Source: Eledone cirrhosa
Lineage: Eukaryota
NCBI GenBank assembly: GCA_964016885.1
Contig: OZ024743.1
Span: 48,112,001 to 48,176,000, forward strand
Direction of reading: 5' to 3'
DNA: 64,000 nt
Position numbers and translations under genes: made by a program. Shown here piece by piece: positions 39,304 to 52,000 of this stretch (position 1 is the first letter of the stretch; every line of letters begins with the position of its first letter). Below the pieces are notes generated by a model. The model made no database searches. It had not been told where the DNA came from and saw only the letters and a program-made list of their open reading frames with translations.

Positions 39304-40689
39304 AATCATTATCAATTTATGTCTATTTCCCCCAGCATCAGAATGGGTTGGACTGGTCATTACAGACCAATAATCAGAGCTACTGTCTCCCTAGACAGGC
39401 AAGGAGTCATGTCTTACATATGTTCCAGTTTTGGCATGGTTGCTACAGCTGTATGTGCTGTATGTGCCAGTCACTAAAATGACCATCCTATCTAAATTTG
39501 AAACCTTTTCTGTAAAGCCATACCCCCTGCTAAAGAAGGGGGTTAGCCTTGGGGCTCCATGACAAGTTTCATACTCATGACAGGTTGTTTTTTTTAGGCA
39601 ATGTTTTATAACTGGCATCTTGACAGCTCGGGTTGAGGTGTGTGAGAGAAGCTGATAAACAATTAGTTGGTTGTTTAGCCAAAGGTCAGCCCTGACTGAA
39701 CATGATCAAAAGTCCTATGATCAAAAGTCTTCCAACTACAACCATGTGTTTTTCAGGCTCATTTTAACTTTCTATGGTTGTGGAAATGAAGAGAGATTTG
39801 GCTGCTATTTCTAGCAGATTGAGTGATTACATAGAGGACCTCGTGTTGGCTAGGTCATGGTTGCCAGATTAGGTTACACGATATTGTGGATTACACACTT
39901 TTTTAGAACTCCATACTATTTACTTTTTAAATTTGTACTACTATTTTAAATTTCATATATATACTAGCTGGTCCAATGCCATCAAGAACAAGGGTTAATT
40001 GTAATATCTATACATAATATGAAAAAAGAGATGTTTGTTTGTTTGTTTGTTGGTTCCTTTGAGTTCACTCACACAAGTGATACAAACATACAAACACACA
40101 GCTGTGATGAACCTTAGAACGCTGGACTTCTATAGTTTCCCAACACCCCCTCCTTCCTCAGTCATCACATAGATGCGTGTGTATGTAATAATAATTTTTT
40201 TCTAAGTATGTCTATATGTATGTGTAGATGCATGTGTGTTTGTAATTCTATTGTTTATGTATCTTTCTAAATAAACACACACAAACACATACACACACAC
40301 AAATATATATAAATAGATTTTACACAAATGCACATATACACACATAATCATAACAGCCCATGTGTGTAGCCAATTCGTTATACATATAGACATACACAGG
40401 TGTAACAAATGTTAGACGCTGCCACCCCTCCTTCCTCAGTTGACGTTATCACCCCTTTCTTCCCCAGTTTGTCATCACCCCTTCCTTCCTCAGTCGACAT
40501 TGTGACGGACAAATACACAAAGCTATTATATATTAGTAGTTTACTTAAACTACATGGCAACTAAACCTATGTTTTTGTTGGTACTTAAAGTTTCATGATG
40601 GTATCTCATTAATCTTGCATGCATCATCAATGTTCAGCTTTTATCTGAAGATTGATGATGCATGTGAGATTAATTTGAGAGGAAAGCAT

Positions 40690-41450
40690 GTAAAGGTGTT
40701 TGGAAAAGGACAAAGAGAGGGAAAGAGGCGGAAATTTGGGGATAAGAGGGAGAAAGTGGTGGAGAGAGGGGGAAACAGGGGGAGCAAAGAAGGGGAGGAA
40801 TGAGAGTAATTAGAAGGGGAGGGGGATGAGGGAGAGTAGGGAAAAATAGGAGAGCAAGACGAATAAGTAGAGTAGGGAGAGTAAGGAGAAAAGTAGAGTA
40901 GGGAGAGTAAGGAGAAAAGAAGAGCAATGAGAGTAAGAACAGTAAAGTGAAAGGAGAGCAAGATGAAAAGGAGAGCAAGGATAGTAAAGAGAGTAAGGTG
41001 AAAAGGAGAGCAATGAGAAAAGGAGAGTAAGGTGAAAACGAAAGCAATGAGAAAGGGAGAGCAAAGAGAAAAGGAGAGCAATGAGGAGCAAGGAGAGCAA
41101 GAAGAAAGAGGAGAAATGAGAAAAAGAGAGCAAGGAGAAAAGGATGAGATCGATGAGAAAAGGAGAGTTAAGGTGAAAAGGAGAGCGATGAGAAAAAGAG
41201 AGTAAAGTGAAAAGGCACAATGAGAAAAAGAGAGTAAGGTGAAAAGGAGAGCAAGGAGAATAGGAGGGCAATGAGAAAAGAAGAGCAATGAGAAAAGGAG
41301 AGCAAGGTGAAAAAGAGAGCAAGGAGAAAAAGAAAGCAGGGTGAAAAGGAGAGCAATGAGAAAAGAGAGCAAGTAGAAGGGGGATAAAAAAGAAAGCTGG
41401 GAGAGTGAGGAGAAATAGGAGCGCAAGAGGAGTAAGGAGAAAAGAGAGCA
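40690..41450. repeat. Purine-rich (GA) minisatellite (GAAAAGGAGAGCAAT/GG units)
   Basis: Direct inspection. Confidence 0.9.
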
Positions 41451-42629
41451 TGAAGAGCTGTTCTTCAGCGCTACTGGTAACATGTAACCCAGTACATGTG
41501 CATGGTCGGTTCGTCGGCGACTAAACCGGCAACCCCAAGTTTTGGTGAGGAGGGTGATTTTGGACACCCTGCAGGATAAAAAACAAAACCCGTCAAAGGG
41601 CAGAGGAACTCAGGAGAGTCAACTGTCATCCAATCAATTTTTCTTTTTTGGGTGGAGCGAGAGACTTCTAATCTTCATTAAGACATTTCTCTAGGAGAAG
41701 GTCACTCTGATATAAATCTGCAACTTCATTTGTATCCATTGATGTAGACCAGTTCTTTTTGGGTAAATGCATTCGATGTTTAGAGTGGTATTGGCCCCGT
41801 GCAAAGCCTTTCCTCATAAAAAAAAAAAGCTTCAAGCAGAGGCATCGTTTGATATGTGACATTTTTTGCGATGCATGGTATTCTGGCCACAAGTCCCTAG
41901 CTGGACTAAAAAAAAAACACATCTGTGATGCTCATGCTTAAGTATCAAGCGAAGGCATTACTCGAAATCGAGTGTGTGTGTGTGTGTGTGTAATTATGAA
42001 TCCTACACACGAAATTTATAGCGCAACTTTAGGTTTCATGGTCTGACTACACAGCATGATAGCAATCGGTAATGAGTCCGCCCTTCTTATATATACATAT
42101 ATAATTTACTAGCATCATTTTTTGTTAAGTTACTTTCTTATAAAGTCCGATACATTTTGAAAAGTTCGTTATTTTTATGAAATTGATCTGGCAACCTTAG
42201 GCTTGTGAAGTTAAATAATGTTTTTTTAAAATTTTAATAATAATAATTTCTTTATTAAATAATGAGAGTGTGTGTGTGTGGGTGTGGGGGGGAGGGAGAT
42301 AGGAATAATGCCAACCTCTATCCGTTTCCAGTTGAGAACTAAACCGAAGAACAGTCGGGGGAGGGGTGAATATAGCATTATATTCAATAGAAACTATAAA
42401 TATAATGACCTTGAGAATAAGTACCAGTAAAGTCCATTTGATCCTATTTACTAAGTAACGAGTAGATAATTATTTTAAAGAGTGAAGGCGGCATTACTAT
42501 GGTGCTTTTCATAACAGAGGAGGTGTATGTATGTGGCGATGGTGGTGGTAGGGTTCTCAGTCGTCGTGAGCTCAACATCAGATGATATCAGATATCAAAT
42601 GCACGAAAGTATAATAGTGTAGAGTTACC

Positions 42630-43140
42630 TCCCTTGTCATTCAGAAGCTGGGTCTCGCACTGCTACTACCATTCAACACATTACTCATACTACATCTATC
42701 AACAACTGCGCTGGACCGAGAGGGTGGCAGAAGGACAAACTGCATCACAATCTTCTCGTTCCGCAGTGGTAAGCCCTTCCTGTTGGACGCAACATGCAGT
42801 GACAGTTTCTCCAACGGCAACCTGGTGCATTCGGCGACAGAATCAGGCTTCGTGGCCCGACAAGCCGAAGATCGTAGCTGTCGAAATATCAGTAACGTTC
42901 CGATAGGTTTGACGTCGAACCTGTAGCAGTGTAGACGTCTGGCGTTCTTGGTCCTTGTACCACCTCCCTACTAACTACTATATCGGGGCGGAGTTGGCCA
43001 CCTGTAGACGCCAACCCCGCGAGTTGGAATGGCTCTTTCAACGCGTCTTCCCCGCTATCATCCGGGGCAACGCTTTCTCCTGTCTGTCCGCTCGGTCCAC
43101 GAAGTGGCTAGCACCTGGAGTTCACCAAGCCAGATAGCTC
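42630..43140 (+). mobile_element. Degraded CRE-like REL-domain fragment
   Basis: FRSGKPF.LDATC, RQPRELEWLFQRV..AIIRGNAFS; homologous to 58440-58910. Confidence 0.8.
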
Positions 43141-43483
43141 TCCACTACACCACCTGAGACCGTGTAACATATGTAGCGATACTAGAGTATCTTTATTTAC
43201 TGGATTTTATGTGTAATGCTATCATTACTAGAACAAGCATGTTATTTTTTTGCCTTTTTACCAGCTTGCTCTTATATATATAAATATGAAGTACAAGTCA
43301 ACAGGTTATAATTAACTTCGTTTATTCATAATCACTGTTATGAATAAACGAAGTTAATTATAAGCGGTTGGTTTCTACTTCATGTTTACAAATATACTCC
43401 GGAGTAAACAACCCACCTGCGTACTTCGTCGAGTGCTCTACCCTGCATACTGAAATGTCGATGATTAACTAACACATACTCTA

Positions 43484-43525
<42 letters not shown>

Positions 43526-43907
43526 GCTAATCTGAGAATATCATTATATCTGATCAAAGCTACAATATTCACACGCAACAACATTCAAGGCAGAAAATAA
43601 CTAAGAATGTATGTTGTCAAAAACTTTTAGCAAAACACCGGTTTATCACGAAACGTGTTCGATAAAAGGATGTTTGAGAAAATGTTATCACGATTTAACT
43701 GCACCACATTGTGCACACACACACACACACACACTCTCTCTCTATATATATATATTTATTTAAAGGTTAAACAAGGTTCAATGAATAAATCAAAGAATTA
43801 GTTTTACAATAGATTAGATTGGAAGCACTCAACAGGAATGGTTTTCCGGAGTTATTAATATTAATTCAAAATATTAACAAAAATAGACATTCGTGTGATC
43901 AAGTATA

Positions 43908-43970
43908 TTTTATTATTCATATTTCAGAGGTACTGAGCTATCTTAAACAGTACGTCCTCATCAGATAAAA
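43908..43970 (-). ncRNA. Minimal type-I hammerhead ribozyme motif, sense to MSH3 pre-mRNA
   Basis: Mirror copy of 44072-44134; core CTGATGA/GAAA/AUA intact, one mismatch in stem III. Confidence 0.7.
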
Positions 43971-44071
43971 CAAGATGATGCATGACATACCCTGACATAG
44001 TAGATGGTTAAGATTAACCATGACTGAATCTTAATCATCTACTATGTCAGGGTATGTCATGCATCATCTTG

Positions 44072-44134
44072 TTTTATCTGATGAGGACGTACTGTTGAAG
44101 ATAGCTCAGTACCTCTGAAATATGTATAATAAAA
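44072..44134 (+). ncRNA. Minimal type-I hammerhead ribozyme motif
   Basis: TTTTAT-CTGATGA-GGACGTACTG..CAGTACCTCT-GAAA-TATGTA-T-A-ATAAAA: stems I, II and short III pair; AUA triplet. Confidence 0.75.
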
Positions 44135-44208
44135 TATACTTGATCACACGAATGTCTATTTTTGTTAATATTTTGAATTAATATATATATATATATATAC
44201 TCACTCAC

Positions 44209-44382
44209 CTTTGACTGATTAGATACATTCTTAGAATCTTTCGTTTTGCATTCTGCATCTTCTAGGTTTCCTCTAATTTTCGTTGAATGTTTTACATCGA
44301 AAAACTTTGAGATCGTTATCTGTTTTTCCTTAGCCTCTTTCTGTTTAGATTTCAACTTGCTACTTAATGCCGGTCGTGACAT
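44209..44382 (-). CDS. MSH3: MSH3 exon 1 (MSRPALSS...NQSK), contains PCNA-binding PIP box QITISKFF
   Basis: ATG at 44382, 174 nt, donor AAG|gtgagt at 44208; phase 0 matches the next exon; Q-x-x-I-x-x-F-F motif as in MSH3/MSH6 N-termini. Confidence 0.85.
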
Positions 44383-44700
44383 TGCTAGTCATTACAATGA
44401 ACAACAGCTAACTTTCTAGCATCTATTCGGAATTTATTGAACTTAGCGCCATATGTCACCACATGGATGGTGGGAAAAAATCAACTTCCGCTCACCGGGT
44501 TATCTTTACGGTCTGCTCCCTTAATATCGACAGTTTAATATAAACAACGTCAGATAATTATCATTTGTAAATTAAGATTTATTTTTATTTACGGAAGTTT
44601 ACATACTTGATATCTGGGTTCACTGTGGTAAAGGACCTTGAAGTAAGAATTAAATTCTAAGCCAACAGAGTTCGCGATCGGTTTCAATTCATAACCGAAT
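44383..44700 (-). promoter_or_regulatory. Putative MSH3 5'UTR/promoter
   Basis: Non-repetitive, relatively CpG-containing stretch directly upstream of the ATG, with ETS-like ACTTCCG/CGGAAGT cores (~44484, ~44592) and a GCGCCAT motif. Confidence 0.45.
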
Positions 44701-45514
44701 AAATTAATTTCACTTAACTTTTCCTCCACCCCATTTCTAAGATATTAGGATTTTTGTGCTCTAAAGGAGCGAATATTTTTAATGATTCGATATAATGCGA
44801 TATCTGGCGATAGTAATTCTAGCTGTATAGACACAGGTAAATTATTGATAAACACGATGTATATATTAATATATAAACACAATTTATATAAAGGAAAAAA
44901 GTAGAAAGCACACGCACTAATTCACACACCACAAGAGAATTTCCGTCTACTAACTTTTTAGACAAGCCAACACAACATTGTCGCAGGTGATGGCGAGGAT
45001 ATGACGCTTGAATAGCAAAGCATCACCTGATATGTCGAGGAGCACTATTTCAGTGGGGTGACATTCTCAGATGGAAGGACTAGATGTTTGGGTTAATGTT
45101 TAAGGTATTATGTAACAGACACAATGAAATAGTCTGGTGATTCAAGAGTACTAAAGTTGGAGGTGATACAAGACCAACAAACTGCAGATTAGGGGCTACA
45201 GTGACTGGAGAAAGAGAGAAGAAACTGAATGTCTGTAGGTCAGAGCTTGGAGTGTGGTAGTGAGGGATTATCAATTAGCCAAAATGGGTGCCAATAGTAC
45301 ATTTTTGGGAACTGCTGTCCTAGATATACCTGAGATGGTATGGGTTTAAGATAAAAACAAGTGGGTGTTGCTGTACTGAATGACATATACAAAAATACTT
45401 TTGGATGGTCTGGGTGGAACACTTTTATTCACAGGTCTGCTTGATCATGGTTGACCTGCATCCAAACAACATTGGCCAAGTGAGAAAAATGAGAAAAAAG
45501 CAATAATAATATCG

Positions 45515-45611
45515 TAACCCTAACCCTAACCCTAAATCTAACCTATCCCTAGCCCCAGTTCTAACCCTAAACCTAGCCCTAACCCTAATACTAACACTAG
45601 ACCTAGCTCTA
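45515..45611. repeat. Degenerate (CCCTAA)n telomere-like tract
   Basis: TAACCCTAACCCTAACCCTAA... with variant units. Confidence 0.75.
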
Positions 45612-45849
45612 AGTGTAGAAAATACTTTCATTGTTATATTTTCCTTCAATTTTTCCATACTTGACAAGGGTTGGACAAGTACTTGGAAACATGAGTTTTC
45701 CTATAAGAGGTTACTCACTCCTTTCTCAACCGTTCTCCATTTCTGGAGAAAAAGAGGCTTTGAATGGTCCCCTATGATTCTTCTCACATTACAGTGTAGC
45801 CAATTCACAGAGTGAAAGAGATATAATAATATAATATAATAATAATAAT

Positions 45850-46037
45850 AATTGTTTCTACTTTAGGCACAAGGCCAGCAATTAACCAGTGCATTACTGG
45901 TACTTTATTTTATCTACCCCGTAAGGATGAAAGGCAAAGTCAACCTCGGCGGGATTTGAACTCAGATCGTAAAGGGACGTAACTATGCTGGAAAGCATGG
46001 CGTTCGACCCTCTACCAATACTGCCAATCCACCGCCC

Positions 46038-46038
<1 letters not shown>
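45850..46038 (-). mobile_element. Full-length family A SINE in an (AAT)n tract
   Basis: Reverse complement of family A; other full copies at 55578-55798 (+), 57076-57258 (-, TSD TATTAGAAATATGATAAT), 60100-60277 (+), 63735-63920 (-). Confidence 0.9.
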
Positions 46039-46095
<57 letters not shown>

Positions 46096-46097
<2 letters not shown>

Positions 46098-49000
46098 TTT
46101 TCTTTATTAACCACAAGGGTTCACATAAAGTAGACATTAAGGACAGTACAGGACAATACAGGACGGTACAAATGGGCATTTCTGCGTGTAAAAAACAGAG
46201 GTTGAAATAAAATAACAAAGAAAAATTTCCCAATAGGGGGGAGACTTCCAAGGGACATTTGTGGAGAAAGCCCATTAAAAGACCACAGTGGCCCTGACCA
46301 CCAGGGCAAGTGCCCTCTCCCAGTTTTCCACCTTTAATTTACAGACACATACTCAGAGAAGGCCCATTCATTCGGGCCATACTTGCTTCTCTCACCCATC
46401 TTTCAACAAAATGCTGGGAAGAGAGCACTTCCCTCTCTACCCTGATTTTCCTTTTCAAATGAAATTTGAAAAAGTTAATCAGGGCATCACCGAAGAGGTA
46501 AGTGCTCGTCTTCAGCCCTTTCAAACGTGTCCACCATACTATCTCTTTCGCCATGGCCACCAGACAGATAAAAACTGCCTGCCCTTCCAGGCTAAAGGAA
46601 GGGGGCGGGGCAATCCTCACGATGGACTCAGCTGATAGCTGGATCCGTCCTACACGTGACAGCAGGTGTTCGACATAAACCCACAAGTCAGCAATGCTCG
46701 GACACTGGACGAGTGCGTGCAGGACGGTTTCGTCGCCCTGCGCGCATCTCGGACATGCCCGGCTGACGGCACCTCCATGCCTGTAGAGTTTATCCCGAAC
46801 TGGCAAAGCTCCTCGGTAGCACTGCCAGGCCAGGGATTTCTGGAAGTTGTCCATAGGCCCCGGCCCGAAAGTCCTTCCGAAGAGATTGGCTAGTTGATTT
46901 TCGTCGACGCCTAGAGTTTCTCCAAGTACGTCGTCGCTCTTCCCCTCCACTAATCCCCTATAGAACGCCAAGGTGGAGTTTCCACCGATCACATTGCCCG
47001 ATTGGTCGAGGGCTGTGAGCGCCTGAAGACATTCCAGTCTCCAAGCGCTCCCTCTCGGTCTTCGCTTGACCCAGGACTGCAGCTGGGGTGTCTTGCAAAC
47101 GGCGACCACACCTGATCACCGTCGAGGAAGAGGTGGAGATGTCGTAGCCTGAGCGCGTGTCTGCGCATCATCAGCCACGGCATGCCCAGCCCTCCACGTA
47201 GCGGGTGTTGACAGCAGATGGACCGCCTGACCATCGGAGCGCGTCCCTTCCACAAGAAGCGAAAGAGCAAACGCTCCAGCGCAGTCAGGCGGGGCTTAGG
47301 ACAAGGTACGACGGTCAGGCGGTAGTAGATGACGGATGCGATGTACGCATTCGCCACCTCCGCTCGACCTTTCAGGGATAGCTTCCTCTCGGCCCATTTC
47401 TGGGTGAGAGAAGCCACCCTGCTCGTCACCTCGTCCCAGTTTTTGTCCGTCTGGAGGTCTGGACCGAACCAGACCCCTAGCAATTTAACCGGTCCGTCCG
47501 TCCAGCGCCCGACGACGCTGTTGGACGGCATGGACCTGCCTCTCCAGGTGCCGAGCTGCAGGCCCACTGACTTTTCCTGGTTGATCATTGCTCCTGTCAC
47601 CGCTTCGTATTCTCTTAGTGTAGTGCCGATCGCCTCGATGTGTTTGGCGTTCGACACCACTACGGTGACATCGTCGGCATATGCTGACACGGATCTTCCG
47701 CATCCTAGTTCGCGCGGGACCCCCCTCAACGTCTCCAGTTTGTGCAGTAATGGCTCGAGAGTCAATACGTACAATAGGGACGAGAGGGGACATCCTTGGC
47801 GGACCGAGCGCATGATGTTGAACGGTTCCGAAAGGTGAACGTTCACTCTCACTACAGAGCAGATGTCGCTGTGCATGGCAGCGATCCAGCCTCTGAAGAC
47901 GGGCCCAAAGCCAGCCGCCCTCAGGACTGCCGTTAGGTAACGATGGTCGACCCTATCGAAGGCTTTCGACTGATCTAAATTGATCAAAGACCCACCCGTG
48001 CCAGGTTCCCTAGCTACCCTCTCTACGATGTATCGCATGAGGTGGAGGTTGTCGTGGATGGATCTGTCGGGAATGGCGCATGTCTGTGCCTCTCCCACCA
48101 GACCACCAACGACAAGCGCCAACCTCTTTGCTAGCACCTTGGCCAAAATCTTGAACTCTGTGTTTAGCAGAGTTATGGGCCTAAAATTATCTATGTTATC
48201 CCCCTTGTTCGGATCCTTTCTCAGCAGCGCCAGCGCTCCTCGGCTCACAGAGCTGGGAATTCTCCCGTTCTGTTGCCAGTTGCAGTAGACGTCCGCCAAG
48301 AGGCCTCCGAACAAGTTTGGCATTTGTACGTAAAGTTCATAGGGCAGACCATCCAAACCAGGCGATTTACCCCTTGTGCAACTAGTCATTGCATCCCGTA
48401 CTTCAGCGGTTGTTATCGGCTTTTCGCAACACTCCGCCTCAGTGGCCGAAAGCCGCGGCAGTCCGTCGAGGTAGACACTAAAGTCCATCCCTCGATCCGG
48501 CCCGCCACTGCCCCCGAACAGTTGAGCGAAGTGTCGCTGAAAAGCTTCACACATTTGCCCGGGATCGAGTAGCATGCGCCCGTCGTGGTCCACCAAAGAC
48601 CGGATCGTGGCTTTGTTGCCACGACGCGCCTCCGCCACTCGGGCCCATTGAACGGCTTTCGTCCCCTCGTGTCTGAGAGCACGCACCCTAGCTCTGACAA
48701 CGCAGCCTTCGTGCTTTGCATTGAAGAATTGGTCAAGGGCCAATTTCGCCGCAAGTACGTCGGTCGCGATGCCTTTGCTAAGCGCCTCATCTAATTTTCT
48801 AACTAATTCTCCCTCTGCTCTATTTTTCTCTATTGCTAAAGTCATACTAAACCTAATGGACTCTATTCTAATTGCTCTTTTCAGAGCAAACCACCACTTG
48901 TTGTTGACGATGGCCCCCGTCAACGCCCGCTTAACTAGTTCGCTAATCCGGTCTCTGTAGGCTTTGCGCGCTGGTAAGGACGCGTTTAGCTTCCAGTAGC

Positions 49001-52000
49001 CGGGTCCTCGTCTATGAAGCCTATCTAAGTCAAGCACACAGATCACGAATTTGTGGTCTGTGTAGCTGACTATCTTGAATTGTGGACATCCTATGCTAGA
49101 CCTATCTATTTCCCTACAAAATACTCTATCTAGATATGATCTGGATGACCCTATGCGATTTGTCCAAGTCCACATTGGTACATTCGGGAAATCCATTCGG
49201 TACCTGTCAGACAGTTCAAAACGTCTGAGCAGGTTGGTGAGACTCTTGCACCCTCCTTCCCTATCCACTAATCCCACACAATCCCAGCGTGCATCTAAGA
49301 TCCCGTTCCAGTCGCCCACTAACACTAAAGAGCGGGACGTTCCAAGAAAGGTCTCCAGACGCCGGAAGAAATCAGGCCGCCCTGCTCCTGTCGGGGCATA
49401 GACGGCCACTAACCTGAAAGCTTGCCCGTCTCCGCTGGTCACGTCCAGCACCACCAACTTACCTCTTGGGTCCAGGAAGATGGCCCGTATGGCAAGATCC
49501 AAACCTCTCCGAAAAAGCACAGCAACTCCTCCCCCCGATCCCGGACGGCTGGGAGATGCGTACACATCGTAGCCGCCGAAGATCGGTGCGAAAGCCTGTG
49601 CTTCGGAGATTCTGGTCTCGCTGATGGCCACTACATCTATGTTTAGTGACCTGAGGTCGTTGAGCAGGTGGCCCTGCTTCCATGACGACCCCAAGCCATG
49701 CGCATTTATGCTGCCTATTCTGAGTGAGGTCATGTTGAAAAGGAGTGGAAAAGATGGGAAAGACCACTTACCTTACTTCTCGTAGGGGAAGGACGGTTTT
49801 TCCATCCTTTTCACTGCTTGTGGCCTCCTCAGGAAGGATGTCCTTATAAATCTTCCTAGAGAGTGCTTGTCGGAAGTCTCCGATGTCTTTGGGGAATTTT
49901 TGTTTTAGTGTCATGTACGTTTTCTGTGTGATGCGAGTGATTTGTATGTGTGGAGGTGGTGTGAATTTTGGGGTTGTTGTGTAGTCTTTTTCTGTGATGC
50001 TGGTGCTGTGTTGGATGTAGTGTAATAATTGCTTGTTGTTCAAATTTAATTGTTTCTACTTTAGGCACAAGGCCAGCAATTACCCAGTGCATTACTGGTA
50101 CTTTATTTTATCGACCCCGTAAGGATGAAAGGCAAAGTCAACCTCGGCGGGATTTGTTCAAATTTAATGCTGTGTAGTGTGTATCGTTTTGGTTGTTTTG
50201 TTTTGTTTGCGTTTGTTGTGGGTTTGTTTCTGTTTCGCATTTTGGTGACTTTTGTGGTGTAGGTGATGGTGGTGTTGGGGTTAATGATGGTGATGGTGTT
50301 GATGTTTGGGTTGATGGGGTTGGTGATGCTGGTGTGGATGGTGGTATATCTGTCCTAACTTTTTTGTTTCTTAATTTATTTGTTTTCCTCTGTATTTTGT
50401 TTTTGGAGGGGGAAGGAAGAGAATTTTTTCTTTTTTGGTTTCTTTTTTTTTTCCGGATATCGTTTCCCACTCCTCGTCGTCACAATCTGTCTCCAGTTGT
50501 GATAGGCCGGGGAGTGGAAAATCCTCCACAGGCGTTAGTTTTGGTTGTGGCGTGGTGGATGGTGTAGGCGCTGGTGCTAGTTCTGAAGCGTTGGGTGGTG
50601 GTGGTGTTGGTTTTGCTGGTGGTGGTGGTGGTGTTGGTTTTGCTACTGTTGCTGGGGTTGTTGCTGTTATAGTTGCTTCTGTTGTTGCTGCTACAGTTGT
50701 TGCTGCCGTCTCTGCTACTGGTGGTGTTGATGGTTGTGTCACTGGGGTGGGTAGGAGAGGTGGCCTCAACCTTTTAGCCTGAGGGCAGAAAGCCCTTAGG
50801 TGGGTTCTTTCACCACAAACGACACACCTAGGTCTTCTGCCCTCGACAATTACCGTGAGGTGGCTGCCGTCAGTGAGGTCTATTACCTCTGGGATCTCCT
50901 CAATGCTTTTTTGGTCCGCTTGGATCAGGAGCTCCATCCCAGATCCGGACCAGTTCTCCTGCTTTTCTTTTGCTATTGCTATTATTTTTGTGTTGGCTTC
51001 GATGCCGGCGAGGACGGCCGCTATTAGCCAGGGAATTTCGATGGCCGGTGGAACGTGGGTCACCCTGATCTTTACGAGTCTCTGGCCACAATAGCTTGGG
51101 ACGAGTCTGAAGTCGTCACTTCTTAATGGGGCCATGGAGTGTTCTCTAGCCTCCTCTGGTGTTTCAAAGAACACGTCCACGGTTCCATACTTTTGCCCAC
51201 GTCTGATGTGGGTTTTTCTTGCCCACACATGTCCCAAAGCTTTTTGGATTTGGGACTCGGATGCCCGTTCCACTCGGCGCGATTTTACATTTATTGTTCG
51301 ATACGACACGGTGCATAGGCGCCGATGCTCCATTTTATTAGGTGGGGGGGGGTGAGGCTGACCCTGTACCCATCTTTCTTTACCATTTGTTTGGCATTTT
51401 CTAAATCCTCCTGAGTTACCGTAAATGCTTCGAACTGTTTTGCTACTCTGGCGAAACTGAGGGTGGTTTTTATAATGTCATTGTTGTTGTTGTTGCTATC
51501 GTTATTTGTGTTAATATTAATTTTAGTTTCAGTTGTGGTGGTGGTGATGTCAGTCGTCTTTGGTGGGGAAGAGTCCATTTTGCTTGATTTCATTTCGACA
51601 TCACGAGTTAATTTATTTTTTTCTTCTTTTGTTTCTGTTGTCGCGGTGGTGGTGGGGGTGGTGGTTGTCGCGGTGGTGGTGGGGGTGGTGGTTGTCGCGG
51701 TGGTGGTGGTGGTGGAGGCTTTAACACCTGCAGTCATTGGTAATGGCGGGAAATGAATGTCTGCCTGAGACAAATTTAAAATATTGCTACTGCTTATATT
51801 TTTTGAAGTGTTGGCAAACGTAGTAACATTTACAATGGTGGTGTCGGTGTGAGGTGTTAATTTGTGAGGAAGGCTTTCAGCTGCTTGGTGCAGAGGTGAA
51901 TTAGCCATTTATTTTCAAAGAAATTTTTTGATAATAATAAAAGTTTAAATTTTGGGCACAAGGCCCCAATCTTTTTGGGTGTCCTTTTCGGAAAACAATG

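Larger units (their letters stand above)
43858..44184. repeat. ~325-bp palindrome (arms 43858-44015 / 44027-44184), Penelope-like inverted pLTR pair
   Basis: Arms are near-perfect reverse complements with a few mismatches, 11-nt loop, ending in (TA)n. Confidence 0.92.
3155..44382 (-). other. MSH3: MSH3 (MutS homolog 3) gene span, coding exons 1-9; gene continues beyond window start
   Basis: Nine exons with GT-AG boundaries and matching phases (0,0,0,1,0,2,1,2,2) splice into one open frame. The frame carries MSH3 signatures: N-terminal PIP box [113 protein letters not shown]. Confidence 0.96.

Noticed and set aside
40120-40500. Three CTGAGGAAGG motifs on minus as possible hammerheads (also CTGATGA at ~4095, 15620, 36346, 56390)
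   Set aside because: No pairing stem II followed by GAAA and no closing stem I
40641-41567. Leu/Phe/Ser-rich membrane-protein-like ORFs (also 53477-54053)
   Set aside because: Reverse translation of GA-rich repeats
41460-41640. Structured GC-richer segment, possible HDV-like ribozyme or LINE 5'UTR
   Set aside because: Could not build the nested double pseudoknot by eye; needs a descriptor search
44780-44836. Candidate DHFR first exon head-to-head with MSH3
   Set aside because: Neither frame resembles DHFR; one frame stops after 11 codons
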